Source of the DNA: Trichoplax sp. H2
Lineage: Eukaryota
Length of the DNA stretch: 64,000 nucleotides
Direction: 5' to 3'
Assembly: GCA_003344405.1 (NCBI GenBank)
Contig: NOWV01000012.1
Location: 434,001-498,000 of the forward strand
A program made the position numbers and the translations under genes. Below are positions 12,801 through 42,082 of this stretch, piece after piece. The first letter of the stretch is position 1. The number at the start of each line of letters is the position of its first letter. Below the pieces are notes generated by a model, which was not told the DNA's origin, did no database searches, and saw only the letters and a list, made by a program, of their open reading frames with translations.

Positions 12801-15800
12801 CAACTATTAACGTTAAGTTTAGAAGAAATTAGCCGAGCGGCTCGTTTAAGCTGTTTCCTAGGTAATTAGTTCATTAGCTGATAATGAACAAGTTAAAAAA
12901 ATTGATAATTTCATAATATTTACCTTGCACTATAAAGTAGATAAAATCTATCAAATTTTCTACCTATACTTTATGAAGTAATTCTATTGTGCTGAAGCCG
13001 GCTTATGTCGATTTTGCTATCTGTCTTTCAAGGAATGCCGGAGAACTTTGCCTCTGTAGCGTCTAAATTAGTTGATGCTACCTGTGAAGCTTTCACTGGA
13101 TCTGGAGGATGGAAAAACAAGATATTCAGTACCAGCACTAATCATAGCTCCTTCAAATTATGGACTTCTCAAGTACTTGGAATTGATACGGTTATATCAT
13201 TAGCTTTTGAGCTAGGAACCTTTTCATACGAAAGTTGGAATCACATATTTAGGTACTGCAGTGATTATACATTGCGTCGATAATTATAATAGATCTATGA
13301 GTTCGTATTACTTTTAGTGTAACTTAATTATTAGTTCATATTATCTAGATGTGGGGTAAACTATCTTCAATGTAATCGTAATATATGACTCTTAACTTTC
13401 ATATTAGATGTTCGGCCTTTGTTGCACAATTGGATAATTTGTATTCAACAAGTCAATCAAATATCAGTTTAAGTAATAGTTCAGACATCGATGGTAGCAT
13501 GACATTTACAGCGACAGACGACAGTAGTGATGGTAAAAGCACTAAAGAACTAATACAACAAATAGAAAATCAGCATGGTATTTCATCGCAAGGATTAAAT
13601 TGGAATGATGCGGCTAAAATCGTTAAAAGTATTATGATGTCAATTGAACGATTATTTGAGGAAGCAGCAATCCATCTTGACGCTAATGGGCTTCTTTCAT
13701 TCGTTAAAACGTTGTGCCAGGCATCTCAACAACAATTATTTAGTATCAGTGGCTCTGCGTGTACCAATGATGGTGCTCTGCCAATTCCTATTTTAGTTCC
13801 TGCAACTAATCTAGCTATTTCACGTACGTCTCTCCATCTACACCAACTAGGCCAATATTTATTGCGATGTACACATATTAGTGGCCGTCCATTAGCTCAT
13901 TTAATGAAAGCCTGGTATGAAGTTGCACCTCATTTTGTTAAGGTATGTTACAGATTACATGATTAATTTCCCAACAGCTGCTTAAAAATAAAACGAATAA
14001 TACTTGTATATTTGAATACGATCTTGCACACTGTTGCTATTCTAGGCTGTGTAAAATTAGTTAGGTGTTCGGTATTCTAACCTATTATAATTCCTTTTAT
14101 AGGCTGCTTGTCATTATGATAGCCGCATATCTCTTGTAGCTGTACAATGTATACAGCAATTCATTGGTGAAATTCTACAACAGAGAGAAGAAATGTTATA
14201 TTTTTCTTTTAACGAATCTTTGTTTAGATCCTTTGAATCTATTCTGTCTATTAATTCCAGCAATAACCTACTTCAAGAACGGGTACAATAATCAATATAA
14301 TACACTTATTGCTAGTTAATATGCAATCGCAACTAAAAATGTGTGAAGTAATGAGCAGTTATTGAGGCCAAATTTAGAGTAACAAAGCACTGTATAGGCT
14401 TTTCGATATGTAGAGTATTAATCAGATTGCAAGTTTTATAAGTTTCATATCAGAAATTAAAACTAGATTGAAGCATAAATGAAAAGTAGTGTATTCCATT
14501 TATTCTAACCACTTAATTTCTTGCTCACTAGATAATACACGCTATTCGTGAATTAACTGAAATGTACGTAACTAATGTTCGTTCGGGATGGAAACCGGTA
14601 TTTTCTACACTACGCTCTGTTAGGATATTTGATGAACAACATGATGGCTACCTAATGATTAAGACATCTGATCAACAATCATCCCCTGTATTCGAAATTA
14701 TTGCTTCATTTTTTAATAATGAGGACCATTGCATTTATGCAAACGCAGCTGTTGAATGCACTTTATGTTTAATTAAATTTCTTGTCTGCGATACCAAAGA
14801 GAAACTTGGATTTGATGCTTGCGAACCAGCATTAAAATATATTAAATTATGCTGCAAAAAACTACGTTCAGCCTATTTACTAACGTCAAGGCCTGTTTTT
14901 ACTGGTGCAGACTCCATCATTTTGCCTAACGATCCTTCGTCAGCTAACCCGTCTGATTCTATTTATACCACTCAGGATTTCTTACAAAAAATATTCTCCG
15001 ATGATGGTGCAGCTATAACTGATATTGCTATAGTAAATTTACCAGCCAGTTATACTATTCTCAAAACAGATGATACAGGTATTATACGATCTCTATAAAA
15101 TAAATAACCACATAATTAAAATAGAATTTCTTCGGTGTCCGTACACGATATATTTTAACAGGGTATAATATAAACTTAAACATGGCCTATATAAATACAT
15201 TAAAAATATCTCCATCCGAAAAATAACTTTTAATATATCTTTTATAGGTATTCTTCGCGTTTGGTATTTGTTACTTGAAGGCCTGACAAGTGCAGTTGTA
15301 ACCTGTCCACGTAAATATCAACCGCAAAGTCTAGAACTTTTATTCAATCTGTTTAAAGATATCACTTCCGTACCCGGCCCGCATTTTGGTATTTTTGCCA
15401 TTACTCATCTACTTTTGCCAATGATTCATGCATGGATGCGCCATGGATTAAATCAACGTCAATATTGGCGAGAATGTGAAGGAAATTTTAAGCATGCTTG
15501 TGGATTAGCTACAGATCTGGTTGAAGACCAAATTACTAAGTTCTTAAATGATAAAAGAGCTGCTGAATTTGTACCGGGATTAATCCATCAAATGATAAAT
15601 CTTCTTACGGACTGTATGGCACAGCCAACTGAAGCAATAGCACGCGTTGGATGTGCATCGTTTAGGTTAATATTATACATTATTATTATCGTATATAACG
15701 TACACTTGCAGAATCATTGTAATAGAAAAACTTATGTAATTTACTTCGATTACATTATAATCTCCATTATTCACTATTTAAAGTCGCATATCAATGAGAA

Positions 15801-17850
15801 CGTAAAAATACCCTTTAATTTCATCAACTAGGCACTTGTTGCTCGTTGTTGGGCCTATTTTCACGGAAGAATTATGGAATATCGCTTGCAAAGGCATTAG
15901 AAATGCTGTGGCTGCAACGTTATACAGCACAACACAAATGCTTTCTTCATTTGAGCCTGGATCCTCAAACATACATGGAGATCATGATACAGTGAAAGTT
16001 TTAGCCAGAACGGATAATACAAGAATCGAGCAACAAAGGATTCATCAACTAGCAGATCAGGTATAAGTTTATCTAAACATAGTTATTGAAGAGTTATAAA
16101 TAACTCTTCATTTGTTCATGATCAAGCCCTTTAATCTGTAATATTTTAAACTACAATATAACCTAACTCATAGGACACAAGAACGTTGTATATAACAATC
16201 TTAATCTGCTTGAATATTTAATTAAAATAGGTATTTTTAACCGAAACACAACTTGCTCAAGGATTGAATACTAAAGTCATGGTAGACTCTCAATCAACAT
16301 CGGAAGATCGTAAATCCTTTTCATTTCTGTTAATCCCTGCCCAACCTGTTCATGAAGGGACCGATACGAATAACTCGCAGGAAGAAATAAAGTAAGTCAA
16401 GCAACAAAAGGCTACATATCATTAGGTTTAGTCTCGATATATTTTCTGTAACAACTAACCAAACGATGTCTATACTATTATAATTTGTACTAGCTAATAT
16501 TAACTTTGATATTTCATTTGTTATAGAATACCATTTAACAGTTTACTTGTTGGATTGTTGTCCCATCAGCTCATTCTTGAAGTTTTTGAGTGTCTACTAT
16601 TGGATACATTGCCAAATTCTGTTCACATTCCAATTAAATCCTTAGCAACAAATAGAAGGCCTTCTACATCTAGTGATACAAACGAAAAGCAAAATACCAA
16701 TCAAGACCGTAAAGTTGGTCTTTTGCAGTATCTTCCGGTTCATAATTTGTCTGTCTTGCTAGATTGCTTAGTTAGCTCTTATACCATATCTTGTGAATTT
16801 AATTCTCGACCTGCAATTCGATTTATGATCCAAAAATTAGCCAAATTACCAGCTTTGGCTAATTTATATCGTCAAGCTATTCGAAGCTTTACACTATATG
16901 TAACGACATTATTTAAGATTTATGATGATTGCAGTTATCCATTTTCCCCTGGTAAAGTGCGTCGAATTATTAAGAAGAAAATTATATACGGTCGACATAT
17001 TGGAAGCGGACTAAAAAGTACAACAAGTATTGACGAGGATGGCCAAAGTAGCATGGTATCGGATTATCTACCGTCAGATGATCAGTTCAATCTATCAAAT
17101 CAAATCTCTGCAATTCATTCTAGGAGTGATCGCGACCCGGTGGAATCTACTTATACTAGCACCTCTACTACCATAAGCGCTAGTCACACTACCGCATTAG
17201 GACGTCGTAAACTTTTTGGTTGTAGTTTTAGTGAAGACAGGACATCGATTCATAGTGGTTATAAAGGTGATGATGAGGTATTTAGCGAGATAAAAGGAAA
17301 TCATGATGGTGAAGAGGATGAAGACAGGGATAATAGCTATTTAATTAGTATTATCCATAGAATCCATAATGCTTGCTGTCAAGTTTGCGCATCCTATATT
17401 ACATTGCATAGCAGCGATACAACTAAGCTACCACTGCTTGATACTCAATTAGATTATTTAGATTATGTCAAAGAAATTTCAGTTGATGATTCCAATCTTA
17501 AGAGATTGATCTCAAAATATAGTGAAGAACAAAATGAATCCAGTAATCAAGAACATCGTATATATCGTGTTGAAGATCAACAATCACAACACAGTGGTGC
17601 AACAACACCTCGCAAAAGTAGTGGTGAAAAATTTACGGAATGCGATAATGTAGCAATCGGTGCTTATGCTACCCTTGTTAAAACAATGCTTAGGTTAATA
17701 TTAGGATTACCTGATGATAAATTTAAAGCTATTTTACCTGCTGTCTTGCCAGCAATCAATTTACTAATACTCAAAGTTAACGAAAGCTCCGTTCGACAGA
17801 GCGTTTATCAAATTATTTGCCGTGTGACTATTCTCTATGGTATATGTTGA
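885..17850 (+). CDS. ARFGEF3: Brefeldin A-inhibited guanine nucleotide-exchange protein 3 (BIG3/ARFGEF3/KIAA1244) homologue, 23 coding exons
   Basis: Manually spliced exons: 885-969, 1373-1415, 1751-1832, 5931-6062, 7845-7913, 8191-8304, 8416-9578 (frame break near 8758), 9692-9776, 9897-10004, 10121-10364, 10459-10574, 10945-11172, 11280-12135, 12324-12558, 12649-12861, 13033-13252, 13408-13942, 14103-14282, 14532-15078, 15248-15665, 15832-16060, 16231-16391, 16527-17850 (TGA). Phases are consistent at the junctions. The N-terminus MESVLHQLSKDAS...REKCLLPIKLAFES...EIQIEIMK and motifs AACH, VRSGWKPVFSTL, FKHACGLATDLV, EAIARVGCASFRH, LLSHQLIL and LPALANLYRQA match BIG3 as I recall it. Confidence 0.92.
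8416..9578 (+). other. Large D/E/S/N-rich low-complexity insertion exon of BIG3 containing a reading-frame break at about 8751-8766
   Basis: The frame entering from acceptor 8415/8416 stops at TGA 8764-8766. The frame leaving at donor 9578/9579 (ORF 8693-9691) is shifted +1. Both segments have the same acidic composition. Confidence 0.8.
9777..9896 (+). other. Non-canonical GC-AG intron in BIG3
   Basis: The exon ends CCA AG|GCAAGC, and read-through hits TAA four codons later. Acceptor CAACAG|G CAA ATG restores the frame (phase 2). Confidence 0.72.
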
Positions 17851-20493
17851 TAAAGTATTCATTCTAGTATCGACGATAATCAAAATCGATAATATTTGCT
17901 GTATTAAATTTCAGTGAAGAAAGAAAATTTTCCAAATCTAACGATGATAATACTCGTATACTGGAGATCGGTTAATGCAATCTGTAGCTAAATCCGTATG
18001 CTTATGAATAATGTGTAAAACCTATTGATTGCTCTAATTATATATCTAGTGAAGTTGCCATTGCTGGGCACCATTTAGCTTTTATAATAAGCTAGCTTGT
18101 CTTAAAAAGCTAATTTGAAAGCCAAATTTTTAGCAGCACAATAAGTTATAGAAAGAAATTGATATGTATTAGGTTACTAATAGATTAAATATAGTAATAT
18201 ATTCATTTTGGAGTCTATAGTCTCAATGGCTGATCCGTATGGATTTAAAGATACAGCAAATTGTTAAATGTATAGTTCCTTTTTGACATCAGTGAATAAT
18301 TTTAAAACGTAGCTCACTTTAATAATATTGATATCTATAATGAATTAAGTTATTTTAATTGCTTGAATTTTAAGTTTGGACGCGTTTCTAAACTATTTAA
18401 TTCGAAAAAGTAAGAACAATGTTTAATTATTGATATTCGAAAACTTTAAGCGATCAAAAGCCGATACTATATAACAAAATGATTTTAAGATATTAAAAAT
18501 ATAGTGTCTATGTAATATGGCCCATTAATAATCAACCCCACAAGGCATACTCCCATATTCAACTAATTTCAAATTTGACGATGAAAACTCCTAAATCAGG
18601 TATGGTACGTTGTACCATATTTTAATGTTATGTATTAGTATTTAAATAAAAAAATAAGTAAACTCTACTCTGTGCTCTGTTCGACGTGGTGGCTATTACC
18701 AGACTTGGATATGCGCATAAATGACGTTTTGCTTTATTTTTAGTCCCGATATTAGAAGGTCGGTAAATTACGATAGCAATATAATTCTCCATTGAATTTA
18801 TTGCACATTTTTAAAGTGCTTCAATAGTTTCGTTAAAGTATATGCTATTAAATATAAAGTTACTCTTAAAATAGTAATACAATGATTAATTAAATTTACT
18901 ATTAATCAAATAATTAATTTACTATAAATAATATGCTAAGCGAACAGTCGTTCGGCCTTACTGGACATTAGGTACAGTCATATTTTACATAATTGTACGT
19001 TTTCATACTAACTTTAATTAAGATACTATTTAGCCATACGGTAGGGACTAAAATTAAAACTATAGAATTTTCTAGGCTGTAATTTTCACACAAAGTTGCA
19101 AAACAGATTAATACTTCATCATAAAAATCTATCAAAATAAGTCATTACTAAGAAGTGCCAGGAAGCCTGATTATTGCTACTAAATAATCTGGTGTCGATT
19201 TATTGTAATTCCAATACGATAATAGATCATTTGGTCTAATCAATATTATCAGACAAGAATGTTTTAACATCGAATTGGACGATTATCAATCAAGTTCTCT
19301 CTACTTTAAAATGATAATCATATGCGAACTATAATAACGTAAGGTGAGGATATACAATACTTGTATTTTCTCTCAACTTTTCTTACATTTTATCTACTAT
19401 CACATTCTATAGCTTCACTTATAGCTATTATTAATTGAATTCATCTCTAATTGCTGCTATAGCTCTATCTATATGAAATGGACATACGGAATACTATCAC
19501 GTTATAAGAGAAATCTAAATTTGATAATAAACGATTAAACGTTATTATATTAGCAATAAAACATCAGATAACGCTAATATTACAACAAATAACATTGTAG
19601 CAGAATTCTTTTATTCGCAAATACTGGATGTCAATTAATTGGACCATAGACACAGTACACGACTGTACTGCATACAGTTTAGTTTGTAGCTAGAATAAGA
19701 AATGTAGTCCTATCATCAAAAATCGTTCATTAATTCTACCTGCAGTACCACGTATGAGCACGTAGAATAAGGGCTACCAAGATATTCATTTTAAACGGTA
19801 TATGAAATGACACTGCATTTTTATATAATCAATAAATTGATCAAAATAGTAAATTTAAGAAATACCTACAGTATTACGGAGATAGTCTATCTCAACACAG
19901 GGAGTACACAATTAATGTTTGGTTACAAAAGCAGTATTCGCTATCATTTCTAGATTTAGTTAAACATATTGAACATTTTACTTAAAATTATTATACTCGT
20001 ATTTATGGTCATAGATATCTAGTCACATAGACATTTAATAAGCTAAACAACGTCCGTCGTTTACAGTGTTGTTTCAGTTACTGTAAAATTTAGACTTTGT
20101 AATAATTCTACCTTTAATTTTTATCCCTCGCACCATCCATTAAGAGATATCGCAATGTCAATATACTGCATACAATAAAAGTCAATAAATATAATCTATA
20201 ATCGTTTGAGGGTATAAAAAGTGTTTTAACTAAGCAATTGATATATTGATCAAAATTGAACATTTATTATACGACATATAATCAATCACATATTTAAAAT
20301 TATAAACAGGACAATAAAATGTATTGATAAGAAATGAGCATTTTTCGTATTTATATCGTTCATTATTCATAAAATAACTGTAATTATATTGGAAATGATT
20401 CTTTCCACTGGATATGTCATATGTAGATAATTTGGCGTACATTTTGCATGATATATGTCGTAAATCACTAAATATATGAATAAACGCGTTTTT

Positions 20494-35599
<15,106 letters not shown>

Positions 35600-38500
35600 T
35601 TATAACAATTTGATCAAAAAAATGAACTATTCTAGTATGCAAATTTTGATCAATAAATTTTGCTAATGTAGCGAGAGGAAAGACGCCAATACTTTGTATC
35701 AAAGGTTTTATGAGCTAATCTGATTATACAGGTGAATTTGGCTTGATTAGAAGTACTATCTAAATTGAGTTAATAGATGAATCGATCGACCCAGGGTGCT
35801 GTAGAATTGTACAAATGATTGGTGTATAGTGTCAAAGGTAAAATAAATGAAGAAAAATGGTTAAGCGATCTTGTATGCTTAACTTGAATAGCAGCAAATG
35901 GAATAGATGAAACTTGATAGTATGCGTTTACTTCGTTCAAGGACTTTAATTTTTTCCACCCTTAGCCGCTTTCTACTTTTGTAAATCAATATGGTAGTTG
36001 ATATAGATGGACACTTAGCTAGATGGAGTAATCCAAAATGACAACAGATGATAAATCGGCTACTGTTTCAAGAGTTTGGATGCCTTTCTTCGATGACGTC
36101 GAGAATGTTTAATGTATAGTGGGGTTAGTATTGAAACAATCTTCAGCTGTAAGCTAGGTAGTGGTAGTTGTCTGCGAGCAATCGATGTTGACTTGCCAAA
36201 CGTTCTCCCTCTGACAATTTCTCAAAAGATTTTGACTGTTGCTTGATGTTTAATTCCTGTCCAGGAGTACCGCAGCTAGTAGACACTTTGTAAATATAGT
36301 CTATACTCAATTTCGATGTCTTAATAATGGTATAAGTGTACTCTATGGACCAAACTTACTTTGCTTCTTTGTATACAACTAGTGTGTAAAAGGAAAGGAT
36401 GAAAATGTTAACATTTCTGAGTATACCAACAAAAATTGATTCCCACTTGCTCGATTTACAAATAATTACCACACTAAGCATGGAAATGATTTACCTAAGT
36501 GTTGATTAACAGGATAATAAGAGAAGTAGACGGATTATGATGAAATAGTATTGGCTCCTATCTATAACTGTATCTTTCTTGATATATACAGAGGCCAACT
36601 GCAGCTATAACTTCGCACAAACTGAATGAAATAGACACTAAGATATTGGGGTAGTTCTATCAATTTCCTATAGTAGTAATATAAATAGCTCTTCAATAAG
36701 ATGATGAATAGTTATGTTAACCAGTTAGGACAGTAGGATAGAATATCTACCTTTTGACAGATTGATCTCATAGGTATCGCTATTTATCCTGACGTTTAGC
36801 AGATGTAGTATTACAATGGTTATTTAACTGATGTTTGTCGACTACGTTGAATCGATCTTCCACGCCTCCAACTTTTAACATCAATAACTCATCAACAATA
36901 AAATGGATAGGCTAAGTAATGTCAATCATAGTTATAATAGATATCCATGCTGTTTATTTTCAGCATCAGAAAAAGAAAGAAAAAATAGACAAAAACGATT
37001 AGGCTTGAATCAATTAATTTCAACCTAACTGATCGTTAATACAGATTGTTGCTAAAATACTGAGTGAGACATTGCGGTTTCATTTTCTCCACCGTTGTAT
37101 CAATGTAAACTATACTTATCGGTAATTTAATCAAGCGTGGTCATAAAACCATGTCTCTATTGTCTAACTTTTAATCGTCAGGATATTAAAAGCAGGCTAT
37201 AGAGAGATGGTCATGGTAGTGGCTAACATGGCAAAAAGGGGTAAAATCGAGTGAAAATAGAGCTAAAGTAATTACGTACTCAATACATTCGCTTATTGAT
37301 ATCTATATTTAGGCTGATGATAATGTAACAAGACGATTCAAATTGAAAGAAAATAAAAGTTTGACCTTCTTGATTCAATATATTACACGTTATTGAATAT
37401 CATATGTTGCATTATTAAGCTGATCATGATGATCATTACTCATTTCCTCTCACTTTCTATGTCTCTTCTTACTCCATTAAAGTTAGAGAGAGCTTATACT
37501 ATTGATTATATCCTATTTTTTTTTTTCTAGATGTCAGTAAATTACCCGTCAAGTGGTTTTGATACAAAAGACGGCAAAGTCATCACGGCTTTATCATCTT
37601 TTTAGTCAATGATTTATCATTTTAGTTAGTTATCCAAAAAAAAGGGGTGAAGAAAGTGACTAATACAAATAGTCAATAAAGAGTAAAGAGTATTATAGGT
37701 AATAGAAAGGCAATATGGAAGTAGAACTATTGCTTAACTGGAAGCGATATATCGTGAGGTATTAGTAGTAACCATCACTGTCCAGACAGTTGATCATGTT
37801 CATCTTTTCGATTCATTCATACCGCAAGGGATAATGTTTAATTTTCCGTCCCCTTTTTCTGTCATACTAACTAGTTGGACGTCTGTCTCTATCTATCTTT
37901 CATCTTATAATAAAAAATTAGCAGACGTAGATGATTACCTTTAATTATACTAAGGAAGCCAATTCTATCAAGATGTCATCTGTTATCTCCACTTGAGGTC
38001 GTAGTGGTAGCCATGGTAAGATCAAGTATGGTACAAGAGATGAGTTAATCAATTAAAATAAATTCATAGAATAGACTAAGGTCAATATCTACTGGACATT
38101 AAACTCTCTTCTACTTGATGTTAATACATAAGCAAATAGTCAACAATAGCTTTCAAAAGTAGATGGTATCAAATGTTATTATTACAACAAGACAATATCC
38201 AAGTCATTGTTTATTAACATTTGACATTAATTATCTTCTTGACGTTCAATTTTTTGTCTTTAAACTTTCATTAATCATTTTTCTTTACTAGTCATTCTTT
38301 CTTGATTTATGTTACGTATTTTTCCCCTTTTTCTGTCTCTCTGTCTCTCTATCCTTTGATTAATTGGACATTGCCTGTTGGCGTTATTTTTATTTTTCAC
38401 TATTCTAATCGATCTAGATACAGCCAGAGTAAGCCGAGATAACTGGTCAAAATAATTTCTTCAAGACAATGACAGTTTTATCTTCTATTGCTTACTGAAA

Positions 38501-41477
38501 CTTAGTCTTACCGCTAATAAATTGATCTGTGAGGTGAAATATTAAATTTGAATTGTTTTCTATCTTATAATGTAGATTAGAATGGATTCAAGCTTAAGTC
38601 ATTTATAAAATATTGTTGGCTAAATAGCTATAGTAAGTATAGTGTAACAATAACAACAGCATCGAGGATAAAGAATAAATAATCAACTGTACATATGTGT
38701 CTATAATAAAATACAATTTATCATTTTGCAGCTATTTAGACCGTGATTACCTTTCATATTTCAATTAAATTGAGTTATTTTTCACTTTCATCAAATAGTC
38801 TAAAGGTGATACCTATTCTATCAATCATATAGAGATGATGATGTGCGCTAAAGCATAAGGATAATATAAATCAATAGAGATAAATAGTAAATAAAAATCA
38901 ATTATCCATTCTATGACGCACTATGACCATATTGTGGTATTGTTCTGTCAAGGGATGGTTAATTTAGAAATTTAACTTAGTTTAGCTTTTCCACTCTGAA
39001 AGTTGAATAACAGCAGGATAATTTATTGATTATTTTTTACAGTACTTAATACTATAATGACGATTTGATATTGAGTTTGGCGATAATATCAATAAACAAA
39101 AAATTAAAATACCCCATCTATTTTTTTATTATAAAATCAAACAGAGCCACAATTTTTTTGATCTAGATGAAATAAATAGGAAAAGATAGTTCAATCACTA
39201 TATCAATACAATCTATTTGCCTAAAATCAAATTTGTGGCATTACATTAAAACAGTAGATTGGTAAAAAATCGAGGTTTCGAAAAAATAGACTAGTACCAA
39301 AACACTATACAAAACAAATAAATTAAATTGTAATGTTCTTCTTTATCAATTTATAACGTTTCTTTTCAATTTTAACTTGATGCTTAATCTACTGACACAT
39401 CTGGCCTTTATCACTTTTACTCTCTAAATTGGTTTTCATTAATAAACAATATAATTTGTTATAACTATCCGCCGTCTTGGTTTAATTATGCTAACAGAAC
39501 CGAATTATAATTAACTTTGCTTCGTATCAATTCCCTGATATAGAATTTTCAGCTAATTGAAGCGATTGTAATGATTACACCCAACTATTTTCTCCTATAG
39601 TTTTTTATTCTCTATTATTGACAGGCAGATTGCTAGATTTAGACACAATTACTTATTTATTCTCTAGCTGAGCATATTAATGGATATAGTATGCATGATA
39701 CGTTATTGAACGATTTATTGATGTGGGCTAAATGGTAACATAAATCATCTCCGTTTTATTAACCTTGCCTATTTCTAATATCTTCTATATACCAATATGT
39801 AAAATATATTTTTCTTGTTATTATTCATTTTATCATGATAGTATTGGCGTCTTTTAGTTTGCGTATCTATCGTGCCGACCGTAGAGTTACTAATCAAGAT
39901 ATTGTCATTTGCATTTATTTCTCGATCATCTATACGTATCTTACCATCTCTTAAATTAACATTACATAGATTTAGTCATAATTCATTCGTCACTATTAGC
40001 CATAAAGGAAAAATATCTACAGTATCAGCTGTGATATGGATTAGTTAATTAGTCTATTTCAATAGTTTGTATATTCCAGTTTCCATATGTCTTTCAATCC
40101 TTACATTTAATTAATCAAGTATGTTGTTATTTTTTATTGATTCTCAACAATAAGGATGAAACGTTAATCGATCAATACAAGTTTAAGCAGAGTTGATTAA
40201 AAAAGAAAAATCTGGTTTGTTGACTACTAACCTATTGTTAAACTCATTTTTTATTAAAAACAGAGATTTACCTACTTTCTACGAATACTCTTATTTATAT
40301 GTAACTCACTTTTCTACCTAAAATTGTTATCATCAATTGCGTAGTAATAATCTCTATTTATCTTAGTACCTTACATAAGTCTTATAGGAAAAATTAATCG
40401 CTGCCTAGTCAGGATAGAAGATTCAAGATTTATGGATTCATAATGTAATAATAAATAATAAAATATATTCAATGGGCAAATTGCTTGCGCATACAATCTT
40501 TCAGGGGTCAATCTACGACGAATTTTAATTGACACCAATCAAAATACAAATGAATCGCTTCTTTTTCTTTATTCATAAGTATTTTTTATGATGTATAATT
40601 CTTAGACTAATAAGCTATTTGTATAATTATACTCGATATACATTTCAAAAACTGGTCATTATTATGCTGTCATAACGTAACGACAAGAAATTGATGGTTG
40701 ATATTACCCGTTAGAATTAATTACATATTTATCCGTTGCTCCCTATATGTTTAATGCCGTTATTTACCTGAAAATTTTAGCTTAAGTTCGGCGGAAGCAT
40801 TCTTTAATGTAGGTAATATAACTTAAGACTAAGATATTACTCACGGATTGTTGTATGAGAATGTCTTATTACTTAAATGATGATAAATATTAATCTTTCA
40901 AATGCATTAAGGATGCTGAGTTTTAAACTATATATGTGTATTTTATAAAACAAATGTTAAGAAATTTGTAAATCTTTGAAATTTTCGATGTAATAACTTT
41001 TACCGAAGTCTGAACATTAATTGGCCATTCATGTACAGTATGCACTATTATGGCTTATTCTGGTGTTGGTGCATAGCATAGACAAAAGACAATGTTAAAA
41101 AATTTTTAATGTAGTAATATAGCAAACCAAAGAGCTAGCTACATAGCTCTGTAGCTCTATCTTTGTGTTAATATTTATGTTTGAAAAACTTCATTGAGAT
41201 TTTTCTAGCTCGAGAATAATAACATTGTAAGACTAAAAAATTAGCTCTAGCTTTCTAAGATAACTGTATTATACTGTATTTTGCTTCTTTAATACAGTTA
41301 AGAAAAAATAGGCATTTTATTAATAAAGTTTTATTCTTTACATTTATAAATTACCGACTACGGAATTAATCACATTGCATGGTTTAGTGTCGTTTTGGTA
41401 TCTACTTCATGCTACTAAACAAGAACCTTACATAATTCCCTGTTTTGGCAGTATACCATTGTATCTAAGACGGTAGA

Positions 41478-41505
41478 GCCACAATCGCATTGTGGTCGAT
41501 GTGGT
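41478..41505. promoter_or_regulatory. Cluster of Runx-binding motifs (2x TGTGGT plus an inverted GCCACA) about 5.9 kb upstream of the Runx ATG; candidate autoregulatory element
   Basis: gccacaatcgcattgtggtcgatgtggt: TGTGGT at 41491-41496 and 41500-41505, GCCACA at 41478-41483. The Runx consensus is TGYGGT. Confidence 0.4.
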
Positions 41506-42082
41506 AGACATCATGTTGGATATTGTGAACTAGTTTGTCTTATAATTCAATGGGATAAACTATGAATAAATCTTTACAAATTAGACGTACCTATCTGGAT
41601 ATATATCATCCAGGTAGTACTAAAATAGATGAATAGAAGGCAGTTACACCTATAAAGACACTCGTATTAGTTTGCAAGCTGATAATAGGCCTATAAAGTG
41701 ATCATACAGTACTTTATTCACCACATAGGAATTAAGGCTAAGTTTCTGTTTCTGTTAATTGGTTATATTACTGTGCGGATCTTGTTATAGATAAACTATG
41801 ATCTATTTATAAATTTAGGAAAAATGAATGCTATCGTCATATGAAATCTTGCATGGAACTCTAAAGCTGCGTATGGTATTAACTTTGCCTAAACTTTATT
41901 TCATGCCATGGCATTTGCAAATCTCAATATCATTAAGCTCTATGATATACTATATTAGATAAAATTATTTACTCATGAATCTTTAATTGATAGATGAACT
42001 TATTAAAGTTATCATCGAAATCTATCTACTGCCTATAAGTCAGTTGTTGAGCTAACTTTGCCAAAGTATAGCGGTAAGTTTC

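Noticed and set aside
16087..16110. 11-bp inverted repeat in a BIG3 intron
   Set aside because: Short, AT-rich, and without supporting context.
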